From the IMG/VR virus record IMGVR_UViG_3300027892_003173, positions 1 through 35,284 of that record: DNA of 35,284 nucleotides; one strand, written 5' to 3'. The notes under the pieces are model-generated. The model was not told the origin of the DNA. It saw nothing but the letters and a program-made list of their open reading frames with translations, and searched no databases. Shown here piece by piece: positions 1-9,800 of the stretch (positions within the stretch are counted from its first letter, which is position 1; every line of letters begins with the position of its first letter). The position numbers were made by a program, and so were the translations under genes. Source of the DNA: a virus (Duplodnaviria; Caudoviricetes).

Positions 1-1080
1 CTCCCAATCGCACCTAGCGGGGCCACTCCAATCGGAACGGAGACCACCGAAGCCGACGGTCACACGCTCTACCGCACGACCTACATCCAAGTTACCAACC
101 CCGTCCTCCCGCCAGAGGCTACGTATCAGTTGAATAACAAGTTGGTGCTGACCACGTATCGCCAAATAAATCTAGCCCCATCAAGTCCTTCGGGAGTAGC
201 GGCTAAAATTTCTTCGAGGGTAGACGAGGGACAGGGCTACAAAATTTATTCCGACACCTACGCCAGCGGAGAGGGCGAAATAAACGACGCCGAAATCAGG
301 TATAAGTTTAACAACACCCTTACCGTCACCACCAAGCGTGCGTTGAACATAGCCCCTACCGCTCCGTCTGGCACTAACCTTTCGCTAATATCCACCGATA
401 CTGACGCTGGCAACGGCTACGTCTTATACACCTACACTTGGGTCAGTGGGAATGGATTTATTGACGACAAAACCGACAACAGGTCGGACGGCAGCGTCCT
501 ATACACCGTAACTTCTCTGAACGAGGCGGCGGGTGGATCGCCCCCAAGTGGTAGCACCCTGATAAATCAAGATGTAGAACAGGGAGAGGGTTACCGAATC
601 TTTACGAGGCAGTTCTACAGTAAGCCCCCCGGCTACAGCGTGCCCATCAACGTAACCGTCAAAAAACCGGGCGTCCAATATGGAGGCGAAGAGGGAATTG
701 AGCCGAATAGGCTCCCACAAGTTGTGTCGATTTCAGCTACCGCGGTCGTCACATTCGTAGACACGGTTCCATCGCTAGACCCAGTTACCCCCATAAACTC
801 GGGAGTTATGGTCTACGAGTTTGCAGAATACAGCGACGGAAAGAGCCCCGCGTATCTATACGATTCAACTTACTTCCCTGACTACTATAGGCCGACTTTT
901 GGAGTATCTCAAAATAATACTCCATATAAAGGTCGAGATGCTACTAAATTTAAAATAACTTTTTACGGCATGAACGACCAACAGGGACAAACTCTTACTT
1001 TATCTTCTGAAGCCGAAGTATACTTTAGGTCAGGGTCGTATACCGTATACAAAGTAACTAAAGTCACAGGCGTCCTATGA
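1..1080 (+). CDS. 5'-truncated virion structural protein with ~60-aa internal repeats
   Basis: Frame 1 is open from base 1 (LPIAPSGATPIGTETTEADGHTLYRTTY...), so the TTG at 130 is not the true start. Thr/Ser/Gly/Tyr-rich, with the repeat P-x-x-P-S-G...G-x-G-Y-x-(I/L)-Y four times. Stop overlaps the next ATG (ATGA). Confidence 0.7.
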   Translation, partial: LPIAPSGATPIGTETTEADGHTLYRTTYIQVTNPVLPPEATYQLNNKLVLTTYRQINLAPSSPSGVAAKISSRVDEGQGYKIYSDTYASGEGEINDAEIRYKFNNTLTVTTKRALNIAPTAPSGTNLSLISTDTDAGNGYVLYTYTWVSGNGFIDDKTDNRSDGSVLYTVTSLNEAAGGSPPSGSTLINQDVEQGEGYRIFTRQFYSKPPGYSVPINVTVKKPGVQYGGEEGIEPNRLPQVVSISATAVVTFVDTVPSLDPVTPINSGVMVYEFAEYSDGKSPAYLYDSTYFPDYYRPTFGVSQNNTPYKGRDATKFKITFYGMNDQQGQTLTLSSEAEVYFRSGSYTVYKVTKVTGVL

Positions 1081-1682
1081 GTGAAATTACCGCTCCGGGA
1101 AATCCTAATCCCACTCTTAAGTTATTGCCCCAATCCGAGTTTACTCCGTGGCTTCAGACCACTCGCTGGGAGGAGGAAGTAGCCCCTGCCACAGGCTGCA
1201 AACTCAGCCTTACCAAGATAATGCCCGAGGGCTACGGGGGAGTTGACGGACCCACAAAGGGATGGGTCACTTGGGGCGTTGTCGGTAACACGGTCGTGAA
1301 CAACATTACGGACTCGTTCACTCTTTCAGCGGGGTTAAAAGTTTGGGTGAGGGTGACGACGAACGGCACCCTGCCTTTTCGCGTGCTAACTGCCACCATC
1401 GGCACGGGGACGGGTAGCGTCCCCGACGACAGCGGAGGCAGTGCAACCGACCCACCTAGCACCATCTACTACCTCCTCGGACAGGTCTTGGGTGCAGGAA
1501 CCGTTGAGAGTCCGTTCACCGTATCTTCAACCGGATGCGGAAGCCTTCGCGTGTCTCTGACTGCGTATGGCTACATCTGTGTGCTAGCCAGTTCAGGAAA
1601 CCCGAGTGCCACCCCTCCAGAGCCAGCCACTCCCGGTGGCGTTAAGACATCGTATGTGATGCGTTGGGACCGCACATCGTAG
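1077..1682 (+). CDS. putative virion/tail protein
   Basis: 201 aa, T/G/S/V-rich, coupled to the upstream gene, inside the structural block. Confidence 0.55.
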   Translation: MSEITAPGNPNPTLKLLPQSEFTPWLQTTRWEEEVAPATGCKLSLTKIMPEGYGGVDGPTKGWVTWGVVGNTVVNNITDSFTLSAGLKVWVRVTTNGTLPFRVLTATIGTGTGSVPDDSGGSATDPPSTIYYLLGQVLGAGTVESPFTVSSTGCGSLRVSLTAYGYICVLASSGNPSATPPEPATPGGVKTSYVMRWDRTS

Positions 1683-1691
1683 TTTATTACC

Positions 1692-4097
1692 ATGCCCGCT
1701 GTCCCGTTCACCCATACGCTTAGGTCGCTGGCCAACTGGGTCGGCCCAGTCAACGCTGGCAGCGGATGCCTGTCTTGTATCGCTGCGTCCGTGCGCGGGA
1801 AGGTGCTTCCCCCAAACGTCGTTGGGGGAGGAGGAGTGGGAGGAGGAATCTCTATTGAGTGTAGCTATGTAAGCGTGCAGGGTGCAAGCCTTATAGGGTT
1901 TGTCGATCCTGACGGCGACCCTTGCACTTACTTCTTAGAGCGCACCGTTCGCACGGAAAGTGCCCACACCAATAACTGCGTTACTGGTGATTATTTTGGC
2001 AGCGACTCGGGGTTCGCGCAAGTAACACAGCAACATAACCCCCAGACAGGGGAGATACAGTATAGCGGCAGCAGTGCCTACAACGCTAATTATACTATCT
2101 GCGGCGGGCTTTCTGGGTATACGGTAGACTGCACTTCTAACCTGTCTCCGGGGGCTTCGCAAGACAGGTGGACGGGCACATACCATTATGTAAGTTACGA
2201 CGCGAACGGTGTTATAGATTACGAGTATTCAGAGCCTACTATCGGACCCTGTCCTTTTGTTGGCGGTGGGGTTGTGCAAACAATCACCTACGCCACCCCA
2301 GACACCATAGAGGACGCCATCGGAAGAGCCCCGAATGCAACGACCGGAACCGCGTCTGGATCTTGCTGCGCTTCCACGGGGGCGATAAACTGTTCAAGCA
2401 TTGGGCCATCCACTTCGGTAACGCTTAAAATAACAGGCACAGGCACCCCCAACACTACTCAAGATTTCACGATTGTCTTTGCTACCAACTGTAACGCCGA
2501 AGAAGGGCAAGTCGCGCCGCCGACCAGTTACAGCACCTCGGAAGTTACACTGAGTTACGGCGAGAATGGAGAAGCACCCGAGCAAAGTTTAGATATGACA
2601 GCGGGTGCGAATTGCTCAACCTGTATAGCGTGTATCATCAGTAACGACTCTGCGCCATCCGTGCCCCCTGACCCAACTGATGCGACACAGTGGGGAGCGG
2701 ACGAGGAAGCGCAGTTCCCACCCGCGTGGAACGAGGGATACTACCCAAATCAGTTTCTTGCTGACGCCCGATACGAAGGTTGGTCTGACATTCCTACCGC
2801 AATGACGGGCCTCATCGCCCACCCCAACGTGGGTCGTTTTCGATTGGCGGTCTCAGACACGTATTATCCGGGCCAAGCCTATGCCTTTTCTTGGGACGTA
2901 GTGACTCGATCCTTAGGCTACGGCATTAAGCGTAGCCAAACCGAGTGTGGAACCACCCAGACTACCAGCACCCGCACCTACACGCTGGAAGAACCACTTA
3001 CGGCCCTTGAAGATTCAATCGGAAGTATTACACCGACCGACGGCTCGTGGGATGACCTCGACTCCGCCGTAGTCTCGGTGCCGCCCGCGCCGAGTGGCAC
3101 GGGCAACTCGGCGACAGGGGGGTTTTTCGCCGCAGGCCCGTCGCGCCGCTCAAAGGTGCGCTTCGCCGTCCTCGTGCCCGGCTTCTTCACGTTTAAGATT
3201 CGCAGGGTTGACGTAGATACATCCGACCCAAACGCAACTCCCATTAGCAGTTCCTTCACTTTCTCAACTTCGGGCACCCTCGGAGATGATGGCACCAACT
3301 CCACGAGTGAAGTTTATTTTCAACCGCTACTTGTGGAAGGCCGGGAGACTTACCTTTTTATCACCTCGGTGCAGGATTCGCTCGGGAACTTTGTTTCCGA
3401 TTGGCTGGCTTTTGCCAAGGTGCGCGACGGATACACCGGATTCTTTCGCCGCTTTGACGATCCCGATCCGCCCGTTACGCCGCTCTTTTACAAGCGGATG
3501 AAGTTTACACAAACAACCACGATCACAGCGACAGCGGGGGGCGAGGACTGCGACCCACCACCTGATCCGCCTGATCCGCCTGATCCGCCAGACCCAAACG
3601 CCGAGGAAAATCCATGCGCCACTGGGACTGGAACTGGAACTGGTGGCGAAGATGAACCTCCTCCCCTCCTGTCTTTCACCCAGACTCAAGTGTGGGTGCT
3701 GGAGCGGGGGTCTGGGTGGAAATTGCTGAGTTCGACTGGCTCCGGCGGCGGAGCTTCGTGGTCGAACGAAGTCACGCATTTCGATCCTCCCGATATGCTC
3801 AACTTCTACCCTTACCCAGACCTAGCCGACGACGACTGGACCGTGTCTGCAACTTCAGCGTCAAAGACCGATACTAGCGAAAGTGCTTCCGCTTTGAGAG
3901 CTGAGTTTGCGCGGGTGTTCCCTACCCCTAACGGTTACTTCGGTGGTAAGGTGCAAAGCATCAGCCGCTCGACCAGTTCAGACACGCTAAAAACGTATGG
4001 TGACGAAGACTACCGCGTGACTTCCACCATCGTTTTTGTAGAACCAGCAGAAGGAACCGCAATTCAACTCGCTACACCTTATGTCCGAGCAGGCTAA
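1692..4097 (+). CDS. Cys-rich, acidic, low-complexity putative tail/receptor-binding protein
   Basis: 801 aa with many Cys clusters (CLSC, SCC, CSTCIAC), PPD and TG repeats, T/S/G-rich. Start context ttaccATG. Confidence 0.55.
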   Translation: MPAVPFTHTLRSLANWVGPVNAGSGCLSCIAASVRGKVLPPNVVGGGGVGGGISIECSYVSVQGASLIGFVDPDGDPCTYFLERTVRTESAHTNNCVTGDYFGSDSGFAQVTQQHNPQTGEIQYSGSSAYNANYTICGGLSGYTVDCTSNLSPGASQDRWTGTYHYVSYDANGVIDYEYSEPTIGPCPFVGGGVVQTITYATPDTIEDAIGRAPNATTGTASGSCCASTGAINCSSIGPSTSVTLKITGTGTPNTTQDFTIVFATNCNAEEGQVAPPTSYSTSEVTLSYGENGEAPEQSLDMTAGANCSTCIACIISNDSAPSVPPDPTDATQWGADEEAQFPPAWNEGYYPNQFLADARYEGWSDIPTAMTGLIAHPNVGRFRLAVSDTYYPGQAYAFSWDVVTRSLGYGIKRSQTECGTTQTTSTRTYTLEEPLTALEDSIGSITPTDGSWDDLDSAVVSVPPAPSGTGNSATGGFFAAGPSRRSKVRFAVLVPGFFTFKIRRVDVDTSDPNATPISSSFTFSTSGTLGDDGTNSTSEVYFQPLLVEGRETYLFITSVQDSLGNFVSDWLAFAKVRDGYTGFFRRFDDPDPPVTPLFYKRMKFTQTTTITATAGGEDCDPPPDPPDPPDPPDPNAEENPCATGTGTGTGGEDEPPPLLSFTQTQVWVLERGSGWKLLSSTGSGGGASWSNEVTHFDPPDMLNFYPYPDLADDDWTVSATSASKTDTSESASALRAEFARVFPTPNGYFGGKVQSISRSTSSDTLKTYGDEDYRVTSTIVFVEPAEGTAIQLATPYVRAG
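3561..3644 (+). repeat. coding microrepeats (PPD)n and (TG)n
   Basis: cctgatccg x3 at 3561-3587; actgg(g/a/t) x4 at 3621-3644. Confidence 0.9.
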
Positions 4098-4365
4098 TGT
4101 ATTCAAACGAATGGAGGCACTGACTGCCCGAAAGCGAACGGCTAATAAAAGCCCGAGCCCGGAGATCGTGTCCGTCGCGCCCATGCGCGGCCTTGGAGAC
4201 TTAGTCGCCAGTGTAGCCCAACCGATTGCCCGAGCCATAGACAAGGTGGCTGGAACGCAAGTTGCGTCTTGCGGTGGGTGTAAGGCGAGACAGGCTGCAC
4301 TTAACCGAGCCCTGCCGTTTGCAATCGCCTCCCAAGACCCATCCGTAGAATCTCAAAAACAATGA
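4081..4365 (+). CDS. small GLGD...CGGC...R...LN phage protein
   Basis: 94 aa containing RGLGDLVASVAQPIARAID...SCGGCKARQAALN; overlaps both neighbours. Confidence 0.65.
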   Translation: MSEQANVFKRMEALTARKRTANKSPSPEIVSVAPMRGLGDLVASVAQPIARAIDKVAGTQVASCGGCKARQAALNRALPFAIASQDPSVESQKQ

Positions 4366-5315
4366 GTATCCGAGTCGGCGACATCAAGGCCTCCATCCAA
4401 ACGCTCCTCGGAGCGTGCGACGACGTGGCCATCTACGAGCGCCTCACCGAAGCGGTGGAGGTGCTGGCAAATAAGTCCAACTTCGATCCGCTCCTCGGCA
4501 CCGTCGACCTCGTCACGACCGCGTCACGCTACGTCACGCTGCCCAACGACGTCGAGACCCCGCTGGCACTCAACATCGGCGGCCGTCCGACCTTTGCCCG
4601 AGACCGCTGGGCGTCCTACCACCTGAACGGGCGTGGGGACACCACAAATCAGGACGTGACGTGGGCCTACGACGACAAGGGCGACCACCCCACCTTCCGT
4701 GACCTCGACGGCCCCGCCCGACTCGTGGTCCAATACGACCTCATCGCTGACGCCACGGTTTCCTTCCGCGTCAACGGCATCGACCAGAACGACGAGAAGG
4801 TGTATTCCATCGTCACGGGCAACCCTCAGGAGGGCCTGCTCTACCTGCCGACGGCTTCGGCCGTAAACCCAGTGACGGGCCAGATTTTTAAGCGCATCAC
4901 CTCGGTGCAGAAGGGCGAGTCCGACGGCTACCTGACGCTCTGGGCCTTCCCGACCGACGGGATTTCCGCCGTGTATGCGGTTGGCCGATACGAGCCGTTT
5001 GACCTCGTCCCCAAATACCGCCGACTAATCCTTTCGCGTTCGGCCGACTGGGTCCGACTCGAATACCGCAAGAAAACCTTCAAGGTGCGCTCCGACGAGG
5101 ACCTCCTGCCCCTCCACAGCCGCATGGCCGTGCGCCTCATGTGCAAGGCTCTTAAGAAATACGACGAGGACAATTTCGACGACGGCCTGAAATACGAACA
5201 GAAGGCCATCCAGTTCCTAGTCGAGGAGCAAATCTCGCGTTCACCTCCCGCGTCGCCGAGCCTCCAGATCAACACCCTTAACGCCGTGGTCGATCCCTCC
5301 GACCGTATGGACTAA
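4362..5315 (+). CDS. virion structural protein, possibly head-tail adaptor/tail tubular protein
   Basis: 317 aa, strong GC3 bias, helical termini around a beta-rich core, directly before ejection-protein-like genes. Function inferred from position. Confidence 0.5.
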   Translation: MSIRVGDIKASIQTLLGACDDVAIYERLTEAVEVLANKSNFDPLLGTVDLVTTASRYVTLPNDVETPLALNIGGRPTFARDRWASYHLNGRGDTTNQDVTWAYDDKGDHPTFRDLDGPARLVVQYDLIADATVSFRVNGIDQNDEKVYSIVTGNPQEGLLYLPTASAVNPVTGQIFKRITSVQKGESDGYLTLWAFPTDGISAVYAVGRYEPFDLVPKYRRLILSRSADWVRLEYRKKTFKVRSDEDLLPLHSRMAVRLMCKALKKYDEDNFDDGLKYEQKAIQFLVEEQISRSPPASPSLQINTLNAVVDPSDRMD

Positions 5316-5321
5316 TTTACC

Positions 5322-6869
5322 ATGCCCTTTCAAGACTTTCAGCTCGACGTCCCCACCACTCCCTTTGGCGCAAACCTACGGGCCTCCGTCGTTTCACGTG
5401 GCCGTAAGCCCAGCGAGTTTGCTGACGAACAGGAGGCCAGCAATTTTGTGCGGCTGTCTGCCCTCACTGAGAAGGGCGTAGCGGAGGGCCTCGCTCCCGA
5501 GGACATTGCGATGCAGGCCCAGCAGCTTGGCATCCCAACGGGGCCGCTGGCTGGCGAGACGGTTTCACCTGCCTACGACCCGACCGTCCCCGCCTATGCC
5601 CGTGGCTACGCCGAGTCGTTCAAGGCCCGCGAAGCTGACGCCGCCCGACGTGCGATTCCTGCCGGAGCCGCAGGTGGATGGGCCAGCAACTTGGTGAACG
5701 CCGCCGAGGCTGCACAGGCCGCCGAAGCGCAGGCGATGCAGGCCCCTGCCCCGCTCGCCAACGCAACGGTCGGACAGGCCCCTGAGGCCCCTGAGGTCGG
5801 CGTTCAAGTCGCGTCCGACGCCCCCGGCGAATACACCCCTCCGCCCCCCAACCTCAAACAGTTCGGCATAGTGGCAGACCCGATCTACGCCAGCGCGACT
5901 AGCGGCGAGCCACGCCGTGAGGTGGCACAACGGCGAAAAGTTGAGATCGTGAGCCAGAAAACCCTCGAACAAATGCGTCGGAGTGGCTCTAGGATGATAT
6001 CCGAAATCAAGGCACTTCAAATCGCGCGGGAAGCCGAGTTTGAGGCCGCCGAAGAGGTAGGATACAAGGTCAATCGGAACAATTTAGGGCAGGGCATAGA
6101 CATAGACTTAAACACCCCAATCAAGAAGGGCGTGCGTCCTGTAATGTCCCCCGACGGCGATCAGTATGAGATTGACGTGCACGAAGACCCAGCGGGCCGA
6201 ATCATCCGCACGGTTGGTTCTCGGCTGACGGTTCCGGGGCCAGCGACACGGGCGCAACGTGAGGTGGACAAGTTGGCAGCGAAGGAAGTGCAGGACTATA
6301 CCGCTAATCGGCGTCCCGGCATGGAGGGCAACATTCGCAGCCTTGAACAGGCGCGCGCTATGCTCGAAGAGTCGAGCAAGGGGGGATCGTATGCGTCAGG
6401 ACCGATTGTTGGCCCAATGGCCGACATACCAGTGATCGGACGTGCTATGTTTAGAACCAACAAAAACATCAAGGCAAGGATAGAGCAGGCGGGCATCGCG
6501 GGAATGCGCGCGGCGCTCGGCTCTGCGTTCACCGCGCAAGAGAATAAAGACTTCCTAGCCCGTAATTTTGACGACTACGCCACCGAAGATGAGAATCTCA
6601 TCCGCCTAGATAACCTCAAGCAAGTCTTGCTGGAAGTTAAGGCGGCCAAGGACTCCCAAGCCGAGTGGTTCCTCAAGAATGGAACCATGAAGGGCTATAA
6701 GGGGCCCGTCCCCCCGTCGAGCGCCGACGAGATATACAGCGCGCGAGACGCCAAGGCTAAGGAAATGGGAGTAAAACCCATCACGGGCAAGGCTCCGGCT
6801 ACTGAAGGGAGCACCGACATGGACCTGAAATCAGTCCAAGATTTCCTGAACGCTCCGACCTCGCGGTGA
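5322..6869 (+). CDS. putative internal virion / DNA ejection protein
   Basis: 515 aa, Ala/Pro/Gln-rich N-half; helical C-terminus (SGPIVG...MRAALGSAFTAQENKDFLARN...ENLIRL) resembles podovirus DNA-transfer proteins. Confidence 0.55.
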   Translation: MPFQDFQLDVPTTPFGANLRASVVSRGRKPSEFADEQEASNFVRLSALTEKGVAEGLAPEDIAMQAQQLGIPTGPLAGETVSPAYDPTVPAYARGYAESFKAREADAARRAIPAGAAGGWASNLVNAAEAAQAAEAQAMQAPAPLANATVGQAPEAPEVGVQVASDAPGEYTPPPPNLKQFGIVADPIYASATSGEPRREVAQRRKVEIVSQKTLEQMRRSGSRMISEIKALQIAREAEFEAAEEVGYKVNRNNLGQGIDIDLNTPIKKGVRPVMSPDGDQYEIDVHEDPAGRIIRTVGSRLTVPGPATRAQREVDKLAAKEVQDYTANRRPGMEGNIRSLEQARAMLEESSKGGSYASGPIVGPMADIPVIGRAMFRTNKNIKARIEQAGIAGMRAALGSAFTAQENKDFLARNFDDYATEDENLIRLDNLKQVLLEVKAAKDSQAEWFLKNGTMKGYKGPVPPSSADEIYSARDAKAKEMGVKPITGKAPATEGSTDMDLKSVQDFLNAPTSR

Positions 6870-6890
6870 CCGCCGTAGAATCAAGAGAGC

Positions 6891-9800
6891 ATGGCTCTCG
6901 AAAACACTCCGTCACCAGAACAAGATTCACGGCTTAAAGAGATAGAGAGCTGGTCCTCTTCGAGCATTCCGCAGCTTAAGGCCCTGTATCAGGGGCACAA
7001 GGCGGGCGGAACCCTTACGCCCGAGCGCGGCGCAGCCATCGCGGCGGTAACGGCGAAAAAAGTGAACGAGCTGAAAAGCCAGCTCACGTCCATAGATTCC
7101 ACTACGGCGCTCGCCAACGAGGCCGCTAAAATGAAGGTGGACGGAAACGTAGACGACGACACCCTTCGCGCCGCAGGGATCGACAAGCACTTCGACAAGC
7201 TGGCCAAGGCCAACTACAATGCTTCACGTCTTGGAGCCGTTGGCGATGTGGCGGGAGACGTCGCAATGGGCCTCGGGAAAGAAGTCCTATCCCTGACTCC
7301 CTATGCCCCCCTTGCCCGAGCTGTAACGGGCGACGACACGCTACTTAATTCCACCATCGTTGTCCCTTTTGTTAAGGGGGTAAGCGGAGCAGTTGCGGAC
7401 TCCGTGGCCGCGCCCTTTTCTGAGGACGCTAGGAAGCGTGTCGTGGCTTCTGCTGAGGCAGGGGCTAGAGGTAGTGCAAACCTAATTTCTCAGGCCTTTA
7501 CGCGTGGAATGTATGAGGACGCCGCCAAACGGGGCGACTTCGGTCCGCTGCTTTTCGCCGAGATGGCTCGATACGAGGACTACCAGAAGGCTGTTGCTGG
7601 ACGTGGGGCACTAGCTGAATTTTCTGGGCAGTCCAGTGACTTGTCACCCAAGGATCGGGCCCGCGTAGAAGTGCAGTCGATGGCGTATGACCCGCTTAAC
7701 GTCATACCGGGTGCCGCAGCGGCCAAGGTTGGAACACTTGCGGGCGGAGCAGCCCGAAATGCAGCCCTCGTGGCGGCACGAGGGGCTTCTGCGGTGCCTG
7801 CGGCCGCAGGCCTACTCCAAAAAGCCGCTGTGGTCGGAGAAAAGGTTGCAGGTGGGGTCGCAAAGGCCCTCGACACCACGCCTAAGTCCGTCGGGCTGGC
7901 GCGACCCCTTGAGACGCTAGAGCAGGCCGCTGCCGCAGCCTCCGCCAAGCCTTCCGTCGGCGTGTTCACCGCCCCGCAAGCCCTCGGTGAGCGCTTGGTT
8001 ACGGTCGGCAAGGGCATGGTCGACAGGGCTACGGCGGCCCGCAACGCTTCTGGCGCTACGAGCATGTCAGGTTCGGCCATCGCCATCGGCGCGGCTATGG
8101 CTGGTGCCGACCTTGGCACCTCCTTAACGGCAGGCCTTGCCACCTCTATGTTTAGCAAGGCAGCTAAACGTCGTCTTGGGGTTGCCGCAGTCGGTAAGGC
8201 CACCGAACTAACGGGCAACCTCCTTATCGGGACCAAGGCCAGCCAAGCGGCATTCCGAATGCTCGACGACTACCGTCTAGCCAAGTCTGCGCTCGTAAGC
8301 GCGGGCGTGGGTGCCACAGCCAGTTTGCCGTTCGCACTCCTTTCTAACGACCCAGAGGAGCAGGCTCAAATTGTTGCTACGGGTGGAACGCTCGGCGGCC
8401 TTTTTGGCGTCGCTAACACTGGAAAGGCCCTTTTGAACGGGGTGGCGCTTAAGGCTGCGGGCTTAACCCCGGGCGCAAAGGCCGAACCCCGTGGCATAGC
8501 CTCCAAGCCCTACGGGCTCTTTCCCGAGGCAGACGCTTTGCACTCCAAGGCGGACACCATGCTGTCCAACGCGGGTGCCGACTACGTCGATTCCATGCGG
8601 ACCCTCCTCGGGGACCGCGCCGAGTATTACGCCGCCTCATCGCCTGAAGACGCGGCAAGACTCGCAGCCTCGATGGGCTACAAGGTCGACGGCAACGCCC
8701 AAGGCTTCTTCTTTGTGCGTCCCTCCGACGGTAAGCGGGTTGCCGTCGCGATTGTCGGCTCAGAATCTAGCGGCCACGAGGCTACGCACGCCCTGCTCTC
8801 GGCACTGAAGGCCGACGAGAACGTCGCGCCCTTTATTGCTGAGGCCTATGCGGCGGCAAATTTAGCGCTCGGGGCCACTGACGCGCCTGCATTTACGACA
8901 ACCAAGCGCGAGTATGAGACCTTGGCGGGCCGCACCATCGAACAAATCATCGGATCGAACGATCCCGTAAAGGTTCGCGATTACCTTGTAAATGAAGTGC
9001 TGGCCGAGCACGGATCGGTGCTGTTGGCTGGGCTTCCCGCTGGTAAACTCGGTGGAGACGCCACGGTCACGCAAAAACTAGCGCAGGGGTTCCTCAAGAC
9101 CGCTGAGAACTTTGGCGGCCGTAACGTCATGTCAGGCGACCGCACCATAGGCACGTCGCGCACCCTGCGCTACAACCCTCAGTTTAATGTGCTTGACGCG
9201 CTGAAGAACGTCATGTCGGCGGTAAAGCTGGAGAACAGTCCAGATGTCGCCTACCTCGTTGACGAGGCCAAGAAGACTGTTCGGAACGAACCTGACGATC
9301 TCCGTTCAGAGGGCATCCTCAATCCGATTCCGCGCGATCTGTATTCGGACGCCAACTACGATCCCAACGCGCCCACGCTCGCCAAGACCGAGGGCAATGT
9401 GCCCTTTGGTGACGTAGACAATCCCCTTTCAGGTTACGACGCAGGCGCTCCAAGCGGCCGCGTAATCTTCCCGCGCCAAGAAGCTGCGCCAGAAGTAACG
9501 CCGCTGGCGGACGCCGTAGTGACGCCAGAAGTGGCACCGACTCCCGAGGTAGCGCCGTTGGCGGACGCCGCAGTCGCACCAGAGGTGGCTCCGACCGCTG
9601 AAACGGCCCCGCTGGCCCAACCTACCCCGCCTCCAGAGGCAAACGTAGTGACCGCCACCGACGGCACAATTCTGGGCACTAACGCCAAGCAAGTCGGCCC
9701 GATCCGCGCGTCACGCGACGGCAAGAATTTTGCCGAAGTCGAATACACGGGCCCTGACGGCACCCCAGCCCGTTCCTACGTCCCAGAGGAGAACTTTAGA

